A stretch of DNA of 64,000 nt, taken from the NCBI GenBank assembly GCA_965222375.1, contig CBDCTZ010000016.1:2240001-2304000 (forward strand). The letters run 5' to 3'. The first letter of the stretch is position 1; each line of letters opens with the position of its first letter. A program made the position numbers and the translations under genes. The stretch comes from Polyangiaceae bacterium (GTDB lineage Bacteria; Myxococcota_A; Polyangia; Polyangiales; Polyangiaceae). This document shows, piece by piece, positions 1-9,332 of this stretch. Under the pieces are notes generated by a model. It was not told the DNA's origin, searched no databases, and saw only the letters and a list, made by a program, of their open reading frames with translations.

Positions 1-3000
1 GGTCATCACGGCCCAGCTGTCCTCCCCGAGCGGCTCCACATCGAGGGGAGCGCCACACAGCTCGAGGTTGGGCGAGAGCTCGATGCCGTTGCCACCAAGC
101 GAGGCCAGCTGTACGCCTCTGCGGGTGGCGACCAGCGCAGTCGTGCCGCGGGCCGCGATGTCCAGGGCCTTCTTGGCCAGGCTGGCGCTGCCCGTCAGGG
201 CGAGCGCCAACGGCTCGGCCACAGCGTGGTGCTCCACGCGGTGCGGTCGCGCGAGCCAGACACCCGCGTCGGTGACGTCTGCGGCGATAGCGGGCGGGGA
301 CAACTTGGCCTTGGCTACCAGAGTGCCAGCGCTGCCTTCGCAGTTCTGCGCCCCGCACGCCACCCGGCCGACGCTGGAACACCAATCGGTTTCGAGCGCG
401 CACAGCTTGCCGCCGGTTGGATCCTCTGGCGCACATTGCGCTATACGTCCCGTGTCATCCAAGGGCTCCCAGCCAAAGGGCGTGCGCGCGCGCAGCGTCA
501 GCCCTTCTGGCTCTCCGGGCGCGTAGGCGACTCTTAGAAGCTCGTCGGCAAAGGGGTCGAAGAACAGCGCTGTGTGTGCGAAGCCCAGGGCGCTCGCCGA
601 CGTGTCCGAATACAATCGCTTCGGCGGGGCCGCGCCGGGGAAGTGGGCAAAGCTGGAAAGCTGCCACACGTCGTCGTGCATGCTCCCACTCGGGTCGCTG
701 CCTCCCGCGAGGAGAACATGGGAGCCATCGGGGCTCACGCTGAGCAGGGCGCGGCTGCGAGCTGGCAAGTCCGAGCGCAACAGCGCGTAGGTTCCGCTGT
801 ACAGATCCATCAACCACAGATCAGACTGCAGCGCGCTGCCCAGCTCACCGCCGGCGACCAGCAGGTTGTTGCCGCGCAGGGCGAGGGCGGCGCCGGTTCG
901 GTTGAGTAGCTCGGCGGGCAGCGCGTGGCGCAGTGGCGCCTCACCATCGGGCAGGATCCCTTCCACCACGCCGCTGAAGAAGTCCACCACGGCCGCCGAG
1001 CGCCCTTCCACATCCGTGACGAGCTGGGCGTCGGACGAAATCGTGCCGCGCAGCTCGCCCAAGCGCACCAACTCGTAGCGTGCGCTGACGTCCGAGACGC
1101 TCACGGGCGCTAGGCGCGCGAACTGCGCAGGCCGGTCGCTGACGCCACGCTCGAGCACGAACACATCTGGCTCGGCATTGGGGTCGCGTTCGGCGGCCGA
1201 GGCCTGCGCCAGCCCTGGTCCGGGACTCGTGAACGCCCGGTTGCTGCCCAAGGGCGCGATGGCGACGTCACTGCTGGCCACCCAGCTCGCCGCGGCCAGG
1301 GCGCCCAGCTCGCCGGTGGCGTAGTTGCCCTCGGCGGGGCGCAGGATCGCCAGGCTCGAAAATGTCGTGTTGTCGTGCACGACCGCGCGCCCGCGAGTGA
1401 AGTCCGTGCGCTGGGGCGCAACGGGATCTGGACCGAACCACCATTCGATCTTGGACAGCTGCTGTTCGGGAGTGAGCAGGTTGCAGATGATGCCGGGCTT
1501 GAGCTCCGTGTGAGAGGATGTCAGGTTGGCCGCGGTTTGCTCAGACAGGGACGAGCGAATGCGCAAGCTGTGCGAACTCAGAACGTCGTGCAAGGGCGCG
1601 CCCTTGATCGGATCGTCCTCTGGGTCCCGGAACGGGGCAACCAGCGGCCGCCACGGCAGTCCCAAGTGTGTGTTGAGCTCGACCAGGGACCAGATGGCGT
1701 ACTCATGAGTGAGGCGCTCGTGCTGACCGGAAGCTGCGGTCCCGTCAAAAGACTGGACGTCACCGGGGGCGAAGTGCCGGGTCAGACTGGACGCTGGAAA
1801 GCTCTTGGTTTCGTCGTGCCAAAACCAGCCGCTACTGGTACGACCCACGTCGAAACGTGGCACCGCCAGTGGCATGCTGTCGCACCAGGTTTGGTTGCGG
1901 GAGCAGCCGGCGCGGTCGACGGGGCGCCAGCCACGGCCATCGAAAACCCCGGGATCAGCTTCGCCAACATCGTCCCGGAAGCACTCGCTGTCAGGGTCCG
2001 ATACGCACGCTGCTCCTGGGATTGGATCGCCGGTCACCGCGTGTCGACATGCACACCGATACACATTGCCCAACCACGCCTTCGGAGCCTCCGCCTGCAA
2101 GGTGTCCCAATACGGGTCGTTGGCGCTCGCACCACGCCCGGCTGACGTTTTCGTGATGATCGCGTTGCTGCCCACGTCCACGCGTAGCTGGGAGCCGCAC
2201 TTGTTCGTGCGCTGGAAGAGCTTGCGCCACTTCGTCAGCGACACCGGGTACGGATCGCACGTTGCGCCGCGTTGAAAGTGACCCAGATCGTGGTTTCCGT
2301 CCACGCCCGGGGGCCAATTCACGTCCTCGGCCCAACGGTTGCTGATGCCGTGCGAACTGCTCGCGAGGGATGGACATTCATCGAACCCGTTGGCACTTCG
2401 GTCCTGATCCTGGTCCCAGAACCCTCCATAGGCGGGCACCGACGAGTCGCCCCAGCTTGCTCCAACCTCCGGCACGGGTGGAAAGCCGGGCTCGCCGATG
2501 CCCACGTATTTCTGTCTGAACTGGGGGTCGCTGTCACACTTGCCCGTCAAGCCATCCGTGTCGCTGTCATCCGCCGCGGTGGCGACTTTGTCGAGCCCGC
2601 AGGCGTCAACGGGGCGCGCCTGGATCTGGTTCTGCGCTGCTTGATAGAAGGAGATCTCGGAGCTTCCATCGTCATCCGCGTCGAAGGTGAATGCAGCATC
2701 GGGTTTGAGTTTGCTCCAGGCAGAGTCGACGCCATAGAAGCTCGTTTCCAAGAACTGGCCGGAAAAGCCTAGGTTCGCGAGACTGGTGCCTTGAAGAGCC
2801 GGAGCCGGCACCTGGATTTGGCCGTTGCTGCGGACGTATTCACACACGTTCATGGCTGTTGCGCTGTCGATGAACAAGCGGGAGGGCGAGGTACGAAACA
2901 GAAAGGACGGCGTGCGCACGACACCATTTCCTCGGTGCGCGTCTGCGCAGGGACAGATGGGGAGGACGTTGCCGCAGTCGACCACAAACGCGCTCGTTCC

Positions 3001-3716
3001 GGGATTACAATACCAATGGTGCTTTCCGGCGCTGGGATACAGCACGGGACGCGTTCCCGAGAACTCGGGATGGGCGCATTCGTCGAGTTTGTCGAAGGAT
3101 GCCCGCCACACGTCGCCCTTCGTAACACGCACGTCAATGTGGAACCCTTGGGAATCGCCAGGGTGAGAGTCGTCGCACCAGAAGTTGGTGCCGTCGTCCG
3201 CTAAGAATCCGCCATCCTGCCGGAACAGCGCTACGAACCTGAAGCGAATGATGATCTCGTCGTCAGAACTGCCCTGGATACGATACGCAGAGTAGCCTAC
3301 GACCGGCTCACAGGGCGCGAGTGAAGGCGGAATTGTTCCGAACTCAGTCACCACTGGCTCGGTCCACTCGCGGCTGTCGAAGCGAAACTCTGGCACGAAG
3401 CATTGAGCGATCTGCGCTTCCATTTCATCATCGAGGCCGTTGCCGTCTTGGTCCATCTGACAGCGCGCGGTCAGATTGGGGTCGAGCAGCACGGGCGAGC
3501 GCTTCAAGAACTCGCAACTCGTGGTCGTCGGCGTCGGCGAAGAAGTGTTCGGCGGCGAGAATGGACAACTCTGCGCACGCGCGCTCGTGGACACCAGCGT
3601 CAAACTAGCGGCCAGCAGCGCCGAACCGACAAAGGTGCCCCCCCCCGGCGACTTGTGTCAACGTGGTGGGAGCTGGCGCTGCCCATCGTTGTCCGCGGAT
3701 TTCCTCTTCGAACCAT
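1..3716 (-). CDS. Large Cys-rich secreted protein (>1200 aa, runs off the left edge); 5' end frameshifted at a G9 tract
   Basis: Minus frame is open from 3657 to 1 (absent from the ORF track because there is no stop in the window). Manual translation gives signal-peptide-like FVGSALLAASLTLVSTSARA-Q, DxDxDG-type motifs (DQDGNGLDD, DSDTDGL), many Cys, and kelch-like segments (LLVAGGE...SDLW; VLLAGGSD...DDVW). The ATG at 3716 with a GGGAGG RBS is one base out of frame. Confidence 0.75.
3638..3646 (-). repeat. G9 homopolymer within the signal-peptide coding region
   Basis: Nine consecutive C on the + strand at 3638-3646. Confidence 0.95.
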
Positions 3717-3983
3717 TTCAGCCTCCCCGCTACCTCTGATTGTGGCCGGCTGCGGGTGCGCCAAGCAATGTGGGCGCGTGTCGCACACGCGGCGGGGTGC
3801 GCAAAAGCGAGCCTGAAGTGGCCCCCAAGATCCGGCGCGCGCATGATTTCGCTCAATAGGACCCACTGCGAGAGGCGAGCTGCAGCAGCGAACAGGGTTG
3901 CGACCCCAAACAAACAAGAAAGCGTGCATCGGTGAGTTCCTGCTGGCCGATGCATGCGCTCCCGGGGCAGGTGCAGAGAGCGG

Positions 3984-5213
3984 TCAGCCGGCAGTTATCT
4001 GCTTGCGCCGGAGCGTTGGAACCAGGCATAGCGCGGCGAGGATGGCCAAGCCGACGAAGACTGAAAACAGGCTGGACCAGCCGTAGGTCTCGCTCATCCA
4101 GGGCACGAGCAGGCCCTGGAGTACGGCGCCCACGGAACCCATGCCGTTGACGAAGCCCGTGGCCATTCCTGCCGCGTAGCGCCCTCCTGCGTCCTGAGCG
4201 GCGGCTCCTGAGATGAGTGCATCGGGGCCGAAGAGGGAAGCGCCGATCAGAGCGAGGCCGAACACATTGGACAAGGTGCTCCTGGCGTCCATGCTCGTGA
4301 ACAGCACGACGGCTGCGGCGAGGGCGACCAGGGCGATGGCGGCCAAGATGGACCGGGAGTAGCGCCGCAAGCGATCCGAGGCGATGCCGATGATGACGAC
4401 GCCCGCGATTCCACCGACCTCGAAGGATGTCGACACGTAGCCGGCTTCCTCTTCACCGAAGCCGCGGGCCTTGGCTAGGAAGAAGGGCAACCAGAACAAC
4501 AGCGCGTAGCGAATGAACTTGATGCAGAAGTAGCTGGCGCCGTAACACCACAACAAAGGGTGGCGCAGCATTTCGCGCTGCGCTGCGCGCCGCTTTGCTT
4601 TGTCTTCGGTGACGGGTGCGTGCGCTGCTTCCTTGGCGTGCTGGCGTGAGGGGCCGGGCTTGAGCAGCAGGTACACCGCGGACGCGACGATGATGATGCC
4701 GAGGGCGGGCCCGAAGAACGCCCAGCGCCAGCCGAAGCGACCGAGCAGAAAAGCCGCCATCGCCGTCGCGACGATGCCGCCGACTTGGTAGCAGGTGGCC
4801 CAGAAGGCCATGACCGTGCCGCGGTTTTCCAGGGTCGTCCATTCGGCCATGGCGCGGGTGGTGCCCGGCCAGCCCGTGGATTGGGCAAAGCCGTTGATCA
4901 TGAAGAACAAGAAGAACAAGGCGGCGCTGCTGGAAGAACCGAACGCCAAGCAGCAGGCTGCCGACAGCAGCATGCCGAAGCTCACCAATCGGCGGGCGCC
5001 GATGCGGTCACCCAGGTAGCCGCTCCCGAACTGACCCAGGGAGTAGGCGATCAAGTAGGCAGTGTCGATCAGCCCTAGGGTCTGCGTTGATACACCCAGG
5101 GAATCGTGGATGGTCTTCTTGGCAACGCTGAAGCCTTTACGACCCGTGTAGTAAGTTCCGTACGCAGCCCAGGTCGTGATCCAAGCAACCCAGCGATCGC
5201 GACGTTCACTCAC
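3984..5213 (-). CDS. MFS transporter, organophosphate:Pi antiporter (GlpT/UhpC-like) family
   Basis: AYGTYYTGRKGFS, GYLGDRIGARR, GFAQSTGWP motifs; about 12 hydrophobic helices. Confidence 0.88.
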   Translation of the reverse strand: MSERRDRWVAWITTWAAYGTYYTGRKGFSVAKKTIHDSLGVSTQTLGLIDTAYLIAYSLGQFGSGYLGDRIGARRLVSFGMLLSAACCLAFGSSSSAALFFLFFMINGFAQSTGWPGTTRAMAEWTTLENRGTVMAFWATCYQVGGIVATAMAAFLLGRFGWRWAFFGPALGIIIVASAVYLLLKPGPSRQHAKEAAHAPVTEDKAKRRAAQREMLRHPLLWCYGASYFCIKFIRYALLFWLPFFLAKARGFGEEEAGYVSTSFEVGGIAGVVIIGIASDRLRRYSRSILAAIALVALAAAVVLFTSMDARSTLSNVFGLALIGASLFGPDALISGAAAQDAGGRYAAGMATGFVNGMGSVGAVLQGLLVPWMSETYGWSSLFSVFVGLAILAALCLVPTLRRKQITAG

Positions 5214-5337
5214 CCGGGCGACGGTAACCGGGATTCGCGGCTGTTGGAATCGGCATCTTTGGCGGCCATGGGCCTTCCGTGCTCGGCGCTAGCGGCTTTG
5301 CCCCGCCGCGCTGGCGTGGCAAGGGTACTCGAGCAAG

Positions 5338-6111
5338 ATGCGGGTCGTTTCTCTGGCGTGTTCGAACACGGAAATCGTTTGTGCGCTCGGCTGCGCGAGG
5401 CTCTTGGTTGGGGTAGATAACCACAGCGACTACCCCGTGGACGTCGTCAACCGGTTGCCGCGTGTCGGGCCGGACTTGGACATCGACATCGAACGCGTGA
5501 AGGCGCTGCGGCCGGATCTAGTACTCGCGTCGCTGACGGTGCCGGGGCACGAGCGCATCGTGCAGCGCTTGGAGGCGTCGGGCTTGCGCTATCTGGCGCC
5601 AGAGCCGATTGCTTTGGCAGACGTGGTGCGCGACATCCGGGCAATCGCGTGCGAGCTCGACGCTGAGGCCGAAGGCGAGCGGCTTGCGGGGGAGTTTCGC
5701 CAGGGCATGCAGACCGAACCGAGCGTGAACTCGCAGGCTCCCAGGATCCTGGTGGAATGGTGGCCCAAGCCCGTGATCGTGCCGGGGCGGGCATCTTGGG
5801 TTAGCGAGATGATCCGACTGGCAGGGGGCGAGAATCCCTTTGAGCATCTAGATGTGAAGAGCACGCCTGTCAGCGATGAGCAGGTTCTGCGAGCGCGGCC
5901 GGATGCGGTGGTGATCTCTTGGTGCGGGGTTCGCACGGAAAAGTACCACGCTCACGTCGTGCGCCGGCGCCCCGCGTGGCAGGAGTTACCCGCCCTGCGA
6001 GCCGACCGCATCGCGAAGATTGCCGAAGCGCACCTAGGGCGTCCCGGACCCCGCCTCGTGGACGGTCTCCGAGAGCTGCGCGCTGTCGTTCAGAGTTGCG
6101 CCTCGAGCTGA
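5338..6111 (+). CDS. Cobalamin/siderophore-type helical-backbone substrate-binding protein (BtuF-like)
   Basis: RVVSLACSNTEIVCALG...LVGVD, IERVKALRPDLVL, RPGPRLVDG. Confidence 0.85.
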   Translation: MRVVSLACSNTEIVCALGCARLLVGVDNHSDYPVDVVNRLPRVGPDLDIDIERVKALRPDLVLASLTVPGHERIVQRLEASGLRYLAPEPIALADVVRDIRAIACELDAEAEGERLAGEFRQGMQTEPSVNSQAPRILVEWWPKPVIVPGRASWVSEMIRLAGGENPFEHLDVKSTPVSDEQVLRARPDAVVISWCGVRTEKYHAHVVRRRPAWQELPALRADRIAKIAEAHLGRPGPRLVDGLRELRAVVQSCASS

Positions 6112-6129
6112 TGCGTCCCGGCGCCCTGG

Positions 6130-8277
6130 TTACTCGAGGCTGCGGCCTTCGGCCTCTTCGATCTGTGCCAGGGCTGCCGCCAGGGCGTCCTTGGCGCGCT
6201 CCAAGGAACCCTTGTCGTCGTTCCACTTGGCTTGAGCTTTGGCGACGCGGCCCTTCTCGGCCTCGAGATTGTCGCGCTCCTCGCTGAGCATGCCCCGGGT
6301 TGCAGCCAGCTCGGCCTCCAGAGTCGCAACCTTCTCATCGCGCTCCTCGATGGTCTGCCGCGCTTCGTCGCGCTCCTGGGTCTTGGTTGCAAGGTCGGAC
6401 TCCAACCCGGCGATTTTATCGTCGCGCTGCTCGAGAGTTTGGTTCGCCGTGTCGCGCTCTTCGGTTCGCTCGCTCAAATCGGAGGTGAGGCCGGCGATCT
6501 TGGCGTCGCGAGTGGCTTCACCTTCTTCTTTGGCCTCACGTACCTCGGCCAGCTCTTGCTTCGTCGCGCTGAGCTCGCCCTTGGTGACGTCGTGGGCCTC
6601 ACCAAGTCGCTGCTCGGAGTCTTCGCGCTCCCTTCCCAGCTCTTCGACGCGCTCGCTGAGAGCCAAGGCGGCAGCGCCAGCGGCTTCCTCCATGGCCTGC
6701 TCGTGTTCGGCCCGAAGCTTGCTCATCGCGTCTTCGTTGGCGCGATGAAGTGCTGCCAGCCGGGAGTCGGACTCCTTCTTCAACTCGGCTTCGCGCTCCG
6801 CGATGGCCTCCGCGCGCGCGGCCTCTGCAGTTTCCTCGGCTTCGGTCAGAGCTCGGACCTTCTCTTCGTTCGCTGCTTCCTTCGCAGCGGCCAGGGCCTC
6901 CTCCAGGGCCTCCTCCGCCGCGGACTTGGCTGCACTGAGGTCGGCTTCCCGCCTTTGCTCCGCTGCTTCCAGTGCTTCTTGGTGCTCGGCGCGCTGAGAT
7001 GCATCCTTGGCGTCTCGAGTGGCCAGCTGCTCTTCGTGCTGCTGGACCAGCTCGGTCATCTCCTGGGTCTTCGCCTCGAGATCTCCCTGTAGCTTCTCGC
7101 CCTTGCGCTTGTAGTCGTCGGCTCGCTTGCTCGCTTGCTCCTTGTCCGCCTTCAAGGCGTCGATGTTCTTTTGCGCGTCGAGGAGCTGCTTCTCGAGATC
7201 GAGGATCTTGTCGTTGGTGTCTGTCTTTTCTCGCTCTAGGGCGATATTGCCATCGCGAAGCGAGATGAGCTCTTTGTCCTTGGCGGTCAGCCCGTCTCGG
7301 AGGTCGAGGAGCTCCTTGTCCTTCTTGTTCAGTGCCTCGCGGAGATCCAGGAACTCCCGGGCTGAACCGCCTCCCTTGCCGCCGCCACTGCCTTTGGCTT
7401 TGGCCTCTTCCAACTCGCGCTGCAGGCGCTGGACTTCGCTGTCGTTCGCAAGCCCTTCCGATGCAGCGCTTTCGAGCTCCGCAACTCGGTCCTTCGCCTC
7501 CCGCAGCTCCTTTTCGAGGTTTGCGGAGGCCACCTTGGCCTGATTGAGATCGTCTCGAAGCCGCGCCACCTCGGGGTTGGACTCCGGGCGCGGAGGCACC
7601 GAGTCGATCTTCTCCGGAACGGACTCGGGCTGTATGGACTCGGGCTGTATGGACTCGGGCTGTATGGACTCGGGCTCCTGCGTGGCCTCGGGGGCAGCGT
7701 CAGCCCCGGGCTCTTCGATCAGGGCGTCGAAGGCTTGCTCTGTGAAGTCGGCAACCTCGTCATCTACGTGGACCGGGGGCTCGCTCTCCAGAGTGCGGCC
7801 GCCCACGGTTTCTTCGTCATCCAGGGGTTCGTCATCAATGACGATGTCATCATCGATCACGATTTCATCTTCACTCACCGGCGGCAGCGAAGCCCCGCCC
7901 TCGGGCATTTCGACGAAGGCGCGGGCCCGGGACATCAAGTCGTCGAAGGCCACAGGCTTGTGCACGTAGTCTTCCGCATGGGTTCGCAGGCGGCGATGCT
8001 GGTCGAAAGTCTCCTCGGTCGAGTCGCTGCTCATGATGATGAGCGGGACTGCCTTCAGCGCGGGGTCGCGCTTGAGCTTGTTGCACACCGAGAAGCCGTT
8101 CATGCGCGGCAACTCGATCGAAAGCAGAATCAGATCAGGTCGATCTGAGGCAGCGGTCTGCAAACCGACGTTGGCATCATCCACGAGAGTTGGATTACAG
8201 CCGAGCTGTTTCAGACCAGCATCAAGGACGCCGGCAAACTCGGCATCCGCTTCGAAAACCAGGACCTTGAGCGACAT
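6130..8277 (-). CDS. Pseudo-receiver domain plus long coiled coil, FrzS/AglZ-like motility protein
   Basis: N-terminal REC fold with Ser at the phospho-Asp position (PDLILLSIELP); QHRRLRTHAEDYVHKP; acidic linker; long heptad-rich tail. Confidence 0.75.
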   Translation of the reverse strand: MSLKVLVFEADAEFAGVLDAGLKQLGCNPTLVDDANVGLQTAASDRPDLILLSIELPRMNGFSVCNKLKRDPALKAVPLIIMSSDSTEETFDQHRRLRTHAEDYVHKPVAFDDLMSRARAFVEMPEGGASLPPVSEDEIVIDDDIVIDDEPLDDEETVGGRTLESEPPVHVDDEVADFTEQAFDALIEEPGADAAPEATQEPESIQPESIQPESIQPESVPEKIDSVPPRPESNPEVARLRDDLNQAKVASANLEKELREAKDRVAELESAASEGLANDSEVQRLQRELEEAKAKGSGGGKGGGSAREFLDLREALNKKDKELLDLRDGLTAKDKELISLRDGNIALEREKTDTNDKILDLEKQLLDAQKNIDALKADKEQASKRADDYKRKGEKLQGDLEAKTQEMTELVQQHEEQLATRDAKDASQRAEHQEALEAAEQRREADLSAAKSAAEEALEEALAAAKEAANEEKVRALTEAEETAEAARAEAIAEREAELKKESDSRLAALHRANEDAMSKLRAEHEQAMEEAAGAAALALSERVEELGREREDSEQRLGEAHDVTKGELSATKQELAEVREAKEEGEATRDAKIAGLTSDLSERTEERDTANQTLEQRDDKIAGLESDLATKTQERDEARQTIEERDEKVATLEAELAATRGMLSEERDNLEAEKGRVAKAQAKWNDDKGSLERAKDALAAALAQIEEAEGRSLE
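7621..7676. repeat. 15-bp tandem repeat (GGACTCGGGCTGTAT, three copies plus a partial) encoding PESIQ
   Basis: Directly visible perfect repeats. Confidence 0.95.
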
Positions 8278-8471
8278 GGGGATCTGCTTCGGGAGGGGCG
8301 CGGGGAAAGCGAAAAGACCTCAAAAATCCGCGGAGCGGCTACGATATCGGGCACTTGCGCTAGGGTCAAAGCTTTCGGCAGAGTCCGGGTTGTAGCGGTT
8401 TTGGGCTGGTTCCGAGCGACGTGGCGGGGCCAAGACCCACCTTTGGTTCTGGCTGCCGGCTTTTGCGGGAT

Positions 8472-9122
8472 TCAACTTGAACCGCGGCTGCGTTTTTCGT
8501 CGTGACCACTGACACCTGATCGCGCCTGCAGTGTTTTCAAGACACTTTGGAGGGAAACGCCCCGTCCCGCGAGACCAACTAGGGCATGATAGAGAAGATC
8601 CGCGGCTTCCGAAGCCACTCGTTCGTCCGCTTCTTCGTTCAGGGCAACGGCGAGTTCATTCGCTTCCTCGCGGATCTTGTCAGCGATTCGCTTCGGACCT
8701 GCATCCAATAGCGTGCGGGTGTAGCTGCGCTCCGAGTCGCTGCTGCGGCGCGCCTCGATGGTTTCTTCCAGCTGTTTTATAGGGGTCAACGCTCTACCGG
8801 GCTCGGCCTTGGAGGGGGAAATGCGTCGAAAAAAACAGCTGGGCTTGCCGGTGTGGCAACTCGGGCCTTTGGGTTCGACGAGGAGCAAGATGCTGTCTGC
8901 GTCGCAGTCCGCCCAGACTTCGCGGACCTGCAGCTCGCTACCGCTGGTTTCGCCCTTTCTCCATAGGCACTGTCGAGAACGGCTATAGAAGGTGGCGAGA
9001 CCCGACTCGAGAGTGTGGTCGAGAGCCTCTTGGTTCATCCAGGCGACCATTCGCACCTCCCCGCTGTAGGCGTCCTGGGCGATGGCCACGATCAGGCCGT
9101 TTTCATCAAAGTGCACGTTCAC
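8472..9122 (-). CDS. hisIE: Bifunctional phosphoribosyl-AMP cyclohydrolase / phosphoribosyl-ATP pyrophosphatase
   Basis: YSRSRQCLWRKGETSG, DCDADSIL, CHTGKPSCF, SYTRTLL, EAADLLYH. Confidence 0.96.
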   Translation of the reverse strand: MNVHFDENGLIVAIAQDAYSGEVRMVAWMNQEALDHTLESGLATFYSRSRQCLWRKGETSGSELQVREVWADCDADSILLLVEPKGPSCHTGKPSCFFRRISPSKAEPGRALTPIKQLEETIEARRSSDSERSYTRTLLDAGPKRIADKIREEANELAVALNEEADERVASEAADLLYHALVGLAGRGVSLQSVLKTLQARSGVSGHDEKRSRGSS

Positions 9123-9332
9123 CGGCCCACTCTAACAGCGCCTCAGGTTCGATCTGGCGCGCTCGGCGGCCCTGGGGGCGTGCCCCCCCAGCTTGCTGAA
9201 GGTCATTTGGGGGCTGGCGCCCCCCAACCGCGATCCAACCCGTGGGTTTTCCGTAGATTTCAGCTGGCGCGGTTCCTGCTTCGTCTGTGCCCGGGCAAGC
9301 TCTGCCCTTTCCCGCTCTCGGAGGAACGACCC

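Noticed and set aside
68..3816. Many short ORFs listed in the first 3.8 kb
   Set aside because: Off-frame or antisense to a single uninterrupted minus-strand ORF.
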